A program made the translations under genes and the position numbers. Under the pieces are notes generated by a model, which saw only the letters and a program-made list of their open reading frames with translations, was not told the DNA's origin and ran no database searches. A stretch of DNA of 64,000 nucleotides from assembly GCA_010909165.1 (NCBI GenBank), contig MU008149.1, positions 310,001 to 374,000 on the forward strand. Reading direction: 5' to 3'. The stretch comes from Anthoceros angustus (taxonomy: Eukaryota > Plantae > Anthocerotophyta). This document shows, in pieces, positions 49,070 through 60,480 of the stretch (within the stretch, counting starts at the first letter, position 1; each line of letters starts with the position of its first letter).

Positions 49070-49660
49070 AGAGAACTCTAGCAGGAATTGGCACCGAGAG
49101 CTGAAGGAGCAGCCGATGCGCAGCCAGACCTCAAGGAGGAGATAGAAAGGGGAAGACAGGAAGTGAGCTTCTAGGGGTGGGTGCGTGAGCCTTTTCTAGG
49201 TCGGAGAGGAGAAGGGGAGAGGCCAGGGAGCCTGCAAGGACAGCTAGCTGACGCGGCAGGTTTCTCCCGCCCAGGAGGTCAGTGCAGTTGCGCGGAAAGG
49301 GGGCAGGGGTATGTCGGAATTGTCGGGCCAGGTGTCCTCCATTCGAAGTGGGTCGGAGGGTACTGGGCCTGGGCCCTTGGTCCTGGTCCCGAGACTCCGG
49401 AAGCTTTTATTGATGCTAACGCGTCCTGGGCAGCTCAAGGGGCATTTCACAATCGCTCACAGCGCCGGGTACATGTATATATACGTTAGAAGCGTTCGCA
49501 CACTAGCTACGTATGTAGCAATCCGGGACAGGTCCCGCGCATACCCGTTGCGCAACGCTGCCCGGGGCCAGCCTCAGATTTAGCATTCAGGCGTGTAAGC
49601 CGGCTGGCTGGATTTCGCTGCCAGATTCTGCTCGCGCCGCTTCTTCTCTTATTGCAAGCA
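49070..49660 (-). promoter_or_regulatory. Promoter module copy 6, upstream of the intact F-box gene; the TATA position reads TAGAAAA (49192-49198)
   Basis: Minus strand reads gacctagaaaaggctcacgcacccacccctagaagctcacttcctgtcttcc. Confidence 0.7.
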
Positions 49661-50639
49661 TCCGATTTCCAATGTAGAATTGATTCTGAATCCAACCACT
49701 GTTAGCGTTTATATTGCACCCCGTTCACACATTTAACCTGTCTTGCCAGACTGTCCGCCAGTCCTTCATGGAAGCCAGACTCAGAAGATAAAGGTTATCA
49801 CCAAACACAAGCTTCGGAGACCACGGCAAAGTGACTTTCACACTCAAAGATCTAAGACGCCGCAGAACTAGCTATGGAATAACAAGGTAGCATATCCTGA
49901 TGAGAGCCACAGCCCGCCATGATGAGTAGCCTGCCCATTATAAGCTGCAGAAGAAGAAGTCTCCACAGAGTCTGATCCAGAAGTTTCCTATCCCAGAGAA
50001 CTTTAATTGAAAGTCCCGAAGACTGACATGGTCCCGCATGCTGGTCTCATATGCCTGAAGAGCGGACCACTTGCAACCTTGGGCACTCCTGCGTACGTGC
50101 ATGATAAAAGAAGGAAAAAATTAAAAGCAATCAAATGGCCACCTGGGTCAGGACGTGATCCAACAAAGACAGTAGAACTTGAAGTAAGCTAGGTCTTCCT
50201 TTAAAGGCAAACTGCGCACTTGTGAGCTGCAGGTATCGCATCTGCAGCTGGAAGCAGAGGTTATGGCAAATTCATGAGGAGAACGTTAGCACCATGGAGG
50301 AAGAAGCTGTTGAACATGAACCTGATAGAAGTTTCTGGGGACTAGTGCAGCGAGAGTGGAATTATGAGATCCCACAGCTCCTTAACTGTAGGCAAATGTC
50401 AAAAACCCAGACTTCGTACTGGAAAGTTTCTAGGGTCTCCCTTGCGTGAAAGCCTGAGCAGTGGACATGTTAACATTTACCTCCCCCCTGCCACCATCCG
50501 AAACCAAACCTTGTTGTTGATCACGTGAGTGTGGTCATCGCGCGAGACTCTCTGAAAAATACATACATACATCACGTTGTAGGTGCCTAGATGGCTGACA
50601 CTCCTGTGCACAGTGACGGGCTCTCAAAAGTTTAACTCA

Positions 50640-51720
50640 CAGTTTGAGGAACCTGCTGGCGAAGGAAGGCTCCCTGTGGTGGCGGCGACCTGCAGCTGGC
50701 AGCAAACGAGACTCCCGCTCCCCCCTCCGCCCGAGTCTCTCTAGCTTAAGTTCTCGTACCTTTTTCACATCAATTTTGAAAGCTGCTACAGCCACGTCCT
50801 TCAGGACACTCCCCAACACATCGGAGGTCTTTCCTGCAAGAGCCTCAATTAACAAGGGGCCTGCAAATGCAGACCATCGGGATCATCAGATACAATCAAG
50901 TTCATCACTGGGCTAGCTAAGCAGGCTACAGTGGTCGGTGGTGAAGAAGCTCATCCATTGCAAGCAAATTTCTTCCCAGCCTGACACGACACGACAAAAC
51001 ATGAGTCAGAAAGCTGGACCGTTTGGGCTCAAGAGTTGGAGAACATTCGTGGATGGGTTGTGAGAAGTACACGTGCTCTGGAGTCAACCGTATGCCAGGC
51101 CCAGGTCCACATCCTTGAGCATAGGCAGCTTGAACCTGTTGACGCTGTAGAAGAAACCAGCATCGCGGACGCGAGCATCAGCAGAGCGGATCTTTGGCGA
51201 AATTTGTATACGAACTCCTCGTTTGCAAGGTACCGGCCGAAATCGAGATCGACCTGCTCCGGATCGCCTAGAGTAGCCGCGGCCCTCTTCCCTGTAGCCC
51301 GATTCCGGAAGCCTGATGAAATCAGAATGCCGGCGCCCCTCTGGCTCTCCAAGAGCTTGACCACTCGACTCTCGTCCAGGTCCCACGCATCAGCCAGGAA
51401 TTTTCTCCTGAAGCCGTGGAGGATTCCTCGGAATTCCTCCTGCCCACGTCCCTCACGCTCATGTTCTCGTTCCCACGCGCATCTTTGCCTCCTGATTCCC
51501 CGCTTCAGGTGGAACGCCTGCAACAATCAAGCATCAAAGACTGTGATACCAGCCGCTGATACGTATTCCCTCGGCAGCAGAAAACCTGCCCCGAGACCCA
51601 GGCAAAGGTCGGTTTCCTGACCGTTTACGTTTCCAACCAAACGGACTCCCTCTCTCTTTTTTCGCGAAGTACGGAACTCCCTCACATTTCCGATTTTCAT
51701 CAAATAGGGCAGGTAATCCG
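50640..51720 (-). pseudogene. Bicupin (vicilin/legumin-like storage globulin) pseudogene, best-preserved copy
   Basis: EEFRGILHGFRRKFLADAWDLDESRVVKLLESQRGAGIL; DAGFFYSVNRFKLPMLKDVDLGLAY; EALAGKTSDVLGSVLKDVAVAAFKIDVKKVREL. Frameshifted. Confidence 0.8.
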
Positions 51721-52329
51721 TCTGCACGAGGAATGGCAATAGGGGCGAGGATTCAGGAACAAGGTGGTGAGGCTGCTTCTCTCGAGGTGGGGTTGTCAGG
51801 GCCTGCATCAAGTTCTCGCCACGGGCTTGTCGTGGCTTGATATTTTTTGTCTCTTGTATCTTCAGATTGAAGCAGGGGAGCCTGGTGACCTCACATTGGG
51901 AGGTGCTGCATCCAACTGTGCACTGTCACGCTGCTGGCCTTTTAAAATGGCTAGTCGGCGTTTGGCAATTTGCGCCTGGCAACGGTATGTGGGGTATGAC
52001 TGAGCCGAGATGCTGGTTTTACTTCATCAAGTGGGTTTTGAATGGTGCGTTGTGAGAAAGCGGGTTCTGGGCAGTGTGGACTAAATTGTGTAGAATTTTC
52101 CTTCTGTGGTTCCCTCTCAAGTGTTGTGTTTTTGATACAGGGTGGACTGGGAGGTTAGCATGGTTGGCTGAACCCGAGGAGCAGGTGGATTTTGTTTCGG
52201 GGACATATCGTAAGGCTGATATTAGCTCGTGGAGCTTCATTCATGTGGAGCATGACATGATTGAGCAGGCAGAGGCTGATGGGCATGGGAGCCTTGGCAT
52301 CTGTACACATACGTGACATGCTGAAGCAT

Positions 52330-53530
52330 ATAGATGATGAGGCTACGAGCATGATAAGGTTACCAAGTGGACCAGCTATTGGCAAGTATGAGAACCTGAT
52401 GGAGGCAGTGAGACTGTGCAAAATGGAGACAGAATGGGACTAAGTGGGGTTAGAGGCTCACTTGGGCTTGTGAGGATTCCGGGCAGATCTTGGCTTTCGT
52501 CCATCGGAGGGCTGCCACTCAGTTATGCTGCAATTGAAAAAACGTAGATGGGGATCAATTTCTTTTGAAGTTTGAAATCAGGAAGTGTAACGACAGCAGC
52601 TTCCTCGTACTTTGGAGGAGCAGATAGAAGATTGGTTGATTTGGTGCCGATGAGACTGTGTCAGGCGCAGGTGCCTGTCTGTTATGAACTGACAGGCTTG
52701 ATCAAGGAGTTCTGGAGTTCCAAAAAGAGTATGAATTTAGTCGGGCATATGTGATGATATGTAGGAAACACATGACCAACGAGACGAGGCCTGATTCTTC
52801 TTCAGAGGCACAAGAGGAATATAGGTATCGGATGGGGATACAGGAAGGGAGGACAAGATACCTTTGTCATGATGACGGAGGTCGTGCCTGGTTGGTTTTA
52901 CTTGGCCAAAACCTGTAATGAAAGGTATCCCAAGATTCAGGACTTTCTCTAAACCGACCTACATCTAGACGCCCAATTGGACCATCTTGAGCATGTCACC
53001 AGTGGGCATGTTAGGTTCCTCGGGATGAGAGTTGCCGGGCTTCCCGGAGTCCAGAGGAATGAGACGGTGTGCAAAGCAAACGGGATACAGAAGGAAGCAC
53101 TGGCGCGTGAAGGCAAGTTTCAAGCAGTTTGTAAAGTAGCGATAAGAGAGCTGGGATATCCAGCTCAGGAATCTTACCCTGATTGCCTGGGCAACGGCTT
53201 TCAAGAAGGTCAGATCAACTGTTGCTTCAAGAATGGGGGCACAACATATATGTCCTGTACAAGAAAGCAAGGGAGATCATTGCCCTGGAAAGCCTTGAAA
53301 GCAATCAAACAGCTCTGGAGCTTCTGGAAAAGGAGAAGGTGGACATGATCTAATTGTCCTTCCTTGGAATCGCAGGTGAGGTATCGGAGGCTTATGAAAA
53401 TTAGCGGATAGATGCCTCTCTCCTTTCCCTGGAGTGAGGGCATGGGACGCACAGTTCAGCGGTCATCCCGAGGCGAGCAACAAGGTGAGAGCAGAAAGAC
53501 GAAACAAGAACCGTCATACTTTCCTCTACA
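52330..53530 (+). pseudogene. Group II intron maturase/RT-like pseudogene, most complete copy
   Basis: GFRPSEGCHSVMLQLKKRRW, FEIRKC, RYLCHDD (degenerate RYADD position), KIQDFL*TDLHLDAQLDHLEHVTSGHVRFLGMRVAGLP. Confidence 0.88.
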
Positions 53531-53689
53531 GGTAATGGCTTCGATTCAGACTGAAGCAACGTGTGATACTCACCCCTCGGAAGAGCCGTCCAAACTCACC
53601 TGGGCATTCCAGATAGGTTTTGGGCAAGTCGGTGAGGGGTGGGGGGCCCGACGCTGTGTGCGAATCTGAAATGCTCGTTGAGCTGTACA

Positions 53690-54075
53690 GGATGCGTCGG
53701 CATCAGTATGTACATAAATTTCCCTGCCCCCTTCCCCTTCCGCGCAACACCACCGACCTCGGCGAGAGATACCTGCTGCGTCAGCTAGCTGTCCTTGCAG
53801 GCTCCTTGGCCTCTGCCCCTTCTCCTGTCCGACCTATAAAAGGAACCCAGCTATCCCTAGAAAGCTCACTTCCTCTCTTCCCCACGCCAGCTCCAGCTCC
53901 TCCTTGAGCTGTCTTCCTCTCTTCCCCTCGCCAGCTCCTTCTTGAGCTCTCTTCCTCTCTTCCCCTCGCCAGCTCCTCCTTGAGCTCTCTTCCTCTATTT
54001 TCTTCGATCGTCAGCTCCTCTTGAGCTCTCTTCCACTGTTCCTTCGCCAGCTCCTCCTTGCGCTCTCGTTGCCAT
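53690..54075 (+). promoter_or_regulatory. Promoter module copy 7 (TATAAAA 53835-53841) with ~39-bp CT-rich leader repeats
   Basis: gacctataaaaggaacccagctatccctagaaagctcacttcctctcttc. Confidence 0.75.
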
Positions 54076-55215
54076 GGAGGTAGCAGAGACCTCGTCGCTG
54101 TCTGGCCATGGACCCGCTCTGGTCCCTCGAGTAGGGTGGTGCCCGCTCCATGTTTTCGAGTGTTGTGTTGCTCATGGTGTCACTGGTGTTCGGCTTTCTT
54201 TCATGTTCTAAAGGCTCTTCCGCTTCCCTCGTTCCCCACAAGCGTGCCCTGGAGAACCCACTCGAGTTGCAAGCTCCAGCAGCTCCTGTCCCCTTCTCAC
54301 CACTCTTGGCAGCGCTGCTGCTCCTTGGCGCGGTGCCCTGTCCATGGTTCCGCCGACGGAGGCCGCCATGTGCCACTCCCAGCAGGTCTGCATCCACGGG
54401 AAGCTGGTCATGGTCTGGCGCGCTCCTGCAATATATGGGGGCTGGGTAGCAATATGGCCCAGATGACGATGAAGGTAGAGATGCAGGACCCGGTCCCCTC
54501 GGCGACTGTGACCGAGGTCCTCTAATTGCTTCCCAGGTCCAAGGACCGCCTCAACGAGTTCTCCGGGCCTGCTTGGACAGCTGCCCTTGATGTGCAGGAG
54601 TCCATGTTTGTGGTGCCAAGGAGTGTGGCGAAGGGCATTCTGCGGCCTTTGGGCCCGTTCCAAGAGACTGAGACTCTTGGAACGTGCCACGAGTCTCTCT
54701 CCTCGCACCGCCACCCAGCCGCCTGCACTCAAGGTCAAGCTGATGATAGCGTATTGCTGGGTCCACGCAGAGGTAGCAGCAGGAGGGAGGACCGGCAGGC
54801 TGACATCCGGACACTGCTCCAACCCATCCAAGGAATCCTGCTCCTCCAGTTGGCTAGATGGCTGTTGGTGTAATGTGTTAACATCCGCGCACTCGGAACC
54901 TCATCCACCAGGCAGGTGGAGGCCTTGCTGGATTTGATGATCGCGTCCCGCCCCAGGGATGAGGAAAGATGAGGCGTGGTTGCCCCTTCCTAAGCCACAG
55001 CCCATGAAGAGGCACATCAACTACAACGATGGTTGTTTGTCCTTGGAATGCCGATTGGCGAGGAGCGGCGGTCCTTGTAGGGTGCCATAGCGGGCTCCTC
55101 CACCTAGGAGGTCTTCATGTGCGATCCACTCTTGGGGACCGGAGGCTGGATCCAGCCCCCGCACGACGTCGGCGAGGAGCTACGGAGATCGAATATCTTC
55201 AACGTCATGCGAGGG
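54070..55215 (+). pseudogene. F-box-family pseudogene
   Basis: GLGSNMAQMTMKVEMQDPVPSATVTEVL*LLPRSKDRL; VFMCDPLLGTGGWIQPPHDV. Confidence 0.85.
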
Positions 55216-55800
55216 TAAGGCATCGAGATGGGAGCCATGGCGAAGTTCCTACAGCTTGCAACCGGGTTGGGGTATCGATCCAGGGCAAGATGGGGGGGAT
55301 CCGGAGGGGATTGAGAAGAACCTTCATCCATAACATTGACACCACCGACAAACGCTGACGGAGACTTTGCAGGAGGAGACAAAAGAACGGCTCCATGGCC
55401 AGACGACAACAACAACAACAAGGAGGTTCCATGGCCAAACAACAACAACAAACAGATTCCATGGCCAAACAACAACATGACTCTATGGCCAGACAACAAC
55501 AACGAGAGTTTATGGCCAGACAACAATAACGAGAGGAACCCTCTACGTTCATAGGGTCCAACAGCGATAGCGCAAACGCAACGTTCTCATCGGCATAGGG
55601 TCCAATAGCGGTAGCGCAAACGCAACCTTCCCATTTGCACGGCTCTTGCGGAGGAGTTTCATACCCGCTAGTTCCATAAAATGGGACCAAGCAACATCGT
55701 CATCGTCGATCACCGCGGGGTTCGTGTTAAACGAACTAGCTCGCTGCCGCGCGAAGAAAGCTGCTGCTGTGGGGACATGGCCAGGAAGAGAGCTACTGCG
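55205..55800 (-). pseudogene. F-box-family N-terminal fragment with in-frame Cys-rich repeats
   Basis: ORF 55205-55690 reads GYETPPQEP...LLDPMNVEG...CCCLAIESCCCLAMESVCCCCLAMEPPCCCCC. Confidence 0.7.
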
Positions 55801-55859
55801 GGGACATGGCTAGGAAGAGAGCTATGGACGATGAGAGCTCAAGCAGGAGCTGGGGGCGA

Positions 55860-56400
55860 GAGTTCAAGGAGAAGGTAGCAAAGGGTCAAGCAAAAGCTGG
55901 GGCGAGATCTCAAGGAAAAGTTACCAAGAGGTCAAGCAAGAGCTGGGGACGAGAGCTCAAGAAGAAGTTAGCAACGGGTCAAGCAAGAGCTGGGGGCGAG
56001 AGCTCAGGGAGGAGCTGGCGAGGGGAAGAGAGGAAGTGAGCTTCTAGGGATGGCTGTGGGTTCCTTTTATAGGTCGGAGGGGAGTAGGGCAGGAGGCCAG
56101 GAGGGCAGGACAGCTGACGCATTGCAGCAGAAATTTCCTGCCGAGGCCAAGTGGGGCTGGCCCGGACCGGATTCAAAGTGGGTCTCTGGAGCCTGGGCCT
56201 TGGCCTTCTACTAATGCCGAAGCTTCCTGGACAGCTCAACTGGCATTTCACACTCGCCCACAGCGCCGGGATACATACATGTATGTCTATGTTAGATGCG
56301 TTCGCACAGTAGTCACATACGTAGCAATCCGGGACGGGTCCGCATATCCGTTGCGCAACGCGGCCGAGGGCCAGCCTCCAGATTGCAGCACGCAAGTATT
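55860..56400 (-). promoter_or_regulatory. Promoter module copy 8 (TATAAAA 56065-56071)
   Basis: Same motif on the minus strand. Confidence 0.75.
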
Positions 56401-56909
56401 GTAGGCCGGCTACCTGGATTGTGAAGCACTCGCAGCTCCTTCCCCAAGTGCAAGCATCCCAATGTGAAACTGTCTTGATCATTCAACCACTGCTAGCGTT
56501 TCCATTGCACACATTTAAGTTGTCTTGCCAGATTGGATTTTGCTGGATTATGCTTCCCGCGCCCTCGCCCTGCCCTGCCCATTCCGCTCCCCTGCATCTC
56601 CCCCTTTCCTGTCCTAAGGGAAGGGGGAAGCGTGGAGATTTTCGCCCTCTGGGTCATTGGGTGCTGCCCAAACGTCCGAACCTTGTGAACTGATGAAATC
56701 TGCACTATTCAGGTTCGTTTATTTTCCACACTACATCCGGCTGTGTATTCTAGAAAAACCTGCCAAACCCTACTACGGCTATGTAACATGAGCTTGTTTG
56801 TAGGGCAAATGTAGCAATTCTGTATCGTCGCTTCAATATCCTCTGAACACATTTGAGTGCTCTTCCCCATCCTCCCACAGTAATGTGCTTTTGTGGCTGC
56901 AATGTCCGG

Positions 56910-57415
56910 TGTTAACAAAGAAAATTAAAATTAAAATTTTGTTTTTTATTTATTTTTATATATTAGTATTTATTTAATATATATTAGTATTTATTCTCGT
57001 ACTTCACAGCATATTTCCGACAGCGGGTTTCTATTGCTCTTCAACGGGCGCTCTCAACGGCGATTCTCCATAAGGCGGCGGTGGGTGATGCCTTTTCCTC
57101 TTCCTCGTGGTTTGGTGCCGTTTATTCTACGCATATGACATTGTGGGTGCGGTTGGTCACTTTAGGTAGGGAGCTCAGTTGCTCCTCTTCACTCCGACCC
57201 CCGGGTCCCCATTTGTTGTCCCTTCCTAGATGGTCTCTTTCCATCGTTCTTTCACCTCAATAAATCATCTTCTTTTAACATATCTTTTGTTAGTACAAAG
57301 AGTTCAATAAAAAAGAATGCACTAGAAAAAAATATATTGAATAAAATAAGAATAATAAAATACAAGTTACTATCATCCTTGCACTAATTTAACTCATAAC
57401 TTAAATCATGTTTCA
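56910..57415. mobile_element. AT-rich LTR-like segment related to 37982-38878 (single copy of the 37-bp motif)
   Basis: It starts TGTTAAC. 57110-57300 aligns with 38270-38790 once the VNTR is removed. No TSD found. Confidence 0.5.
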
Positions 57416-57502
57416 ATATATAACTTAATTCATATTGTAAACGATCATAGATTACTTATGCATAATAATATTTTATTAATGTGAATGATGATTGATGTAG
57501 CG

Positions 57503-57620
57503 GAAACCAAGGGAATTCAAAATTATCAAGTATTTTTTTAGATGAATCCAAGGGAATTTAAAATTATCAAGTAATTTTTTAGATGAAACCAAGGGAATTC
57601 AAAATTATCAAGTACTTTTT
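57503..57620. repeat. 41-bp tandem repeat, ~3 copies (gaaaccaagggaattcaaaattatcaagtatttttttagat)
   Basis: Units start at 57503, 57544 and 57585. Confidence 0.93.
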
Positions 57621-58199
57621 TCTCATCTCATAATCCTATCATTCATATTTTCCTATTCCTCCTCATCCAGACTACAAACAACATGGGATTGCTAGCTAAT
57701 GGAACAATTGACGGAACGCAATTGCAATCACATTATTAAGGACAACTCAGACGACTCCTAAACTCTTGTGAGTCACAGTCTATCCTAAAATGCTATTATT
57801 TGCTAGAATGTAGTAGATAAAGTCATTGAGCTACACAATAAAACTATAGCATTTCACAAGTCAATCACGCAAGGTCTTTCATTTATTCATTTGCAATCAT
57901 TTAAAAGTATTTAAAATATAATCTGAAGTATTATCAAAAATTCATTTTTTACATAAAAATTATCTTTTTCATGTAGGTCGAAGGTCTTTTTCATATTAGA
58001 CGTTTGTTTCAATGCTGCTTGTTGAATCTTATAATCTTGCTTGCCCGGGCTAGGCTTTCAATTGTTGGAAGGTCACATCAAATGCATGAGCCAAGAACAT
58101 GTCTTGTACAAGCCAACAAGGGGGATTGCTCCTCCCGGCAAATAAAGCACTACGGTATGTAAGGAATTCAAAACTCTCCTCCTAGCACGGAATATTTGG

Positions 58200-58440
58200 C
58201 GTGCAACATAGTTCATGAAAATATTATAGCACGCAACATTTCCGGCCTTTCTAGGAGTCTTATCATGCTTGGGCAGGGCCTTTCTCAAAAGGTCGCATCC
58301 AAGTGTTTGTTTAGCGGAGCACAACATGTCCTTCACACGAAATGTGCAACCTTGGAAGATTGTCACAAATTATGCCCTGGAGCGTCTTGAAGCTTGTGAA
58401 AGCAAGCAGATTGTTCTTGAGCTTGTGGAAAAGGAGTTTT
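58200..58440 (+). pseudogene. Maturase-like remnant (post-RT region)
   Basis: IVTNYALERLEACESKQIVLELVEKE. Confidence 0.65.
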
Positions 58441-58839
58441 TCCTCCTTTTTTAACATATATTTTATCATTTATGATGTATATTATACGCATTCAAGGTAT
58501 ACACTTATCGCCTTCTATGCGAGTGCCTTGTAACCCAGGTTGATACCGTGTTCATAATCCACGAGCTTCGTCCTTGGCCTACTCGCTTGCGGTTCCTGTG
58601 GCAGGAACAGCGAGCTGCTTAACCTGAATTCTCTTGCTCAGCTATGAGATCTATCGGCTAGAAGGAAAACCAAGAGCAACCTTTAGAGATAGACTGTACA
58701 ATAATCAGGAGCTTCCGCCATCGCCTACTCGCTCCTGTTCTGCCTTAAGAATGAAAGCCTGCAGGCAAAGAATGAAGGCCTCCAAGCCAGGGGTGGGCGC
58801 GGCATGGCAGAAATGTCGCCTCAGAGCCACCAACAGACC

Positions 58840-59880
58840 AGGTTGAGCGAACTATGGGCATCCACCACCACTCCGCCTCCGTCCCATGCAGGCCGCACAC
58901 AAGCTGCCTGGGCACATCCTGGATGGTGATGTACAGCTAATGGTCACCACTGGAAAACCAGGACACGGCATAAGCAGACAAACGGCGTGAGCTTCCACTG
59001 GTCGTCCACCTCGTCCTCGGGCATGCATGCAGCTTGGCTACCTTATCCACCTTCGACGCCTCCAACAGCCACCTCCTCCAGCTCCTGCTGCTGGAGCAGG
59101 AGGAGCAAGAGGAGGACGTTGTCCTTGTGGGCACGTGTAGGGGATGCAGGCGCGGAACTCCGGGCACCAGATGACCTCGTACTCAGAGTTCGCGGATGAC
59201 TACCCACCCGGAGTACGCCATGAGGATGATCCCATGCCACTCCCAGCTCTGGCACCGGATCCGGAAGACGTATGCGTCTTCTCAGGTCTTGGTGGTGGTG
59301 GGGAACTGCCTCACGCACTTCCTCTCCTGGGAGGGGATCGTGCTGGCGAGCGCGTGGTCCACGGAGGCAGGGAGAACCAGCACTTGGAGTAGGCGCGGTG
59401 CACGTCCTTGAGGCGGTCCATGGACCTGGGGAGTAAGAGGACCTCCGTCGCAGCCGCCGAGGGGACCGGGTCCACCGTCTCTACCTTTATCGTCATTAGG
59501 GCCACATTGCTACCTAGACCGCAGGCCGGAGCGCGCGAGACCGCGACCCCACTCCAGTTGCAACTCTTCCATGGCCTCGGTCCCCTACCCTTGCACATAC
59601 GGGAACCATGGACAGGAGAACCGGGCCCAATCGTGGCAGCGCCAAGTGCGGCGGGGAGGCGAAGTTGCTGGAGCTTGGAACTGGCATGGATGTGGAGTAG
59701 TGGGGAAGGAGGGATCTAGAGAGAGCCTTGAAACATCAGACAATGCCGAACAACAGTGACACCATCGGCAACACCACACTCAGACGATGAAGCAGGCACT
59801 ACAAGAGGGAAAGAAAAGAGCGACTCCCTGGCCAGACAGCCACGAGGTGCAGATCTGTCACCTCCATGGTAACGAGAGCA
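58840..59880 (-). pseudogene. F-box-family pseudogene (N-terminal domain + C-terminal end)
   Basis: GLGSNVALMTIKVETVDPVPSAAATEVLLLPRSMDRLKDVH...WFSLPP. The C-terminal region is homologous to 46700-46900. Confidence 0.85.
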
Positions 59881-60480
59881 CAAGAGGAGCTGGCGAGGGG
59901 AAGAAAGGAAGAGAGGTCAAGGAGGAGCCGGGAAGGGGAAGAGAGGAAGTGAGCTCAAGTCGAGCTGCCGAGGGGAATAGTGGAAGAGAGCTCACGGAGG
60001 AGCTGCGGATGGGAAGAGAGGAAGAGAGCTCACGGAGGAGCTGGCCAGGGGAAGAGAGGACGTGAGCTTCTAACGACGGCTGTGGGTCCTTTTATAGGTC
60101 GGAGAGGAGAAGGGGGAGAGGCCAGGTGGCAGGGAGCCTGCAAGGACAGCTGACGCAGCAGTTATCTCCGGCCGAGGTCGGTGCTGCTGCGCGGGAGGGG
60201 TAGGGGATCTCACCTATTTATGATGGTGGCCCGCGCCAGCACAGGGATTGTCGGACAAGATGCGCTGCCGAGGCTTCGCACGCCGACCAGATGTTGCTCT
60301 CAGCCAGCTCTAGTGGTGGTAGGCTCTTCATTCAAACTCGCCCGTACTGCATTCAAAGTGGGTCCTCAGAAAGTACTGGGCCCTGGCCTTATTACACCGA
60401 CGCTGACGCTCCCTGGACTGCTCAACTGGCATTTCAGATTCGCCCACAACGCCGGGCGACATACAATTTGTACATGTCTA
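59880..60480 (-). promoter_or_regulatory. Promoter module copy 9 (TATAAAA 60090-60096)
   Basis: Same motif on the minus strand. Confidence 0.72.

Noticed and set aside
45100-53530. Intact mobile group II intron or NUMT
   Set aside because: No domain V/VI-like RNA motif or organellar flanking genes were seen, and all ORF pieces are disrupted.
56709-56918. Gypsy integrase zinc-finger-like EDIEATIQNCYICPTNK
   Set aside because: A single short motif with no supporting HH pair or core domain.
57620-58030. AT-rich region as a degenerate Copia RT
   Set aside because: Only an MKDL-like tetrapeptide; not enough evidence.
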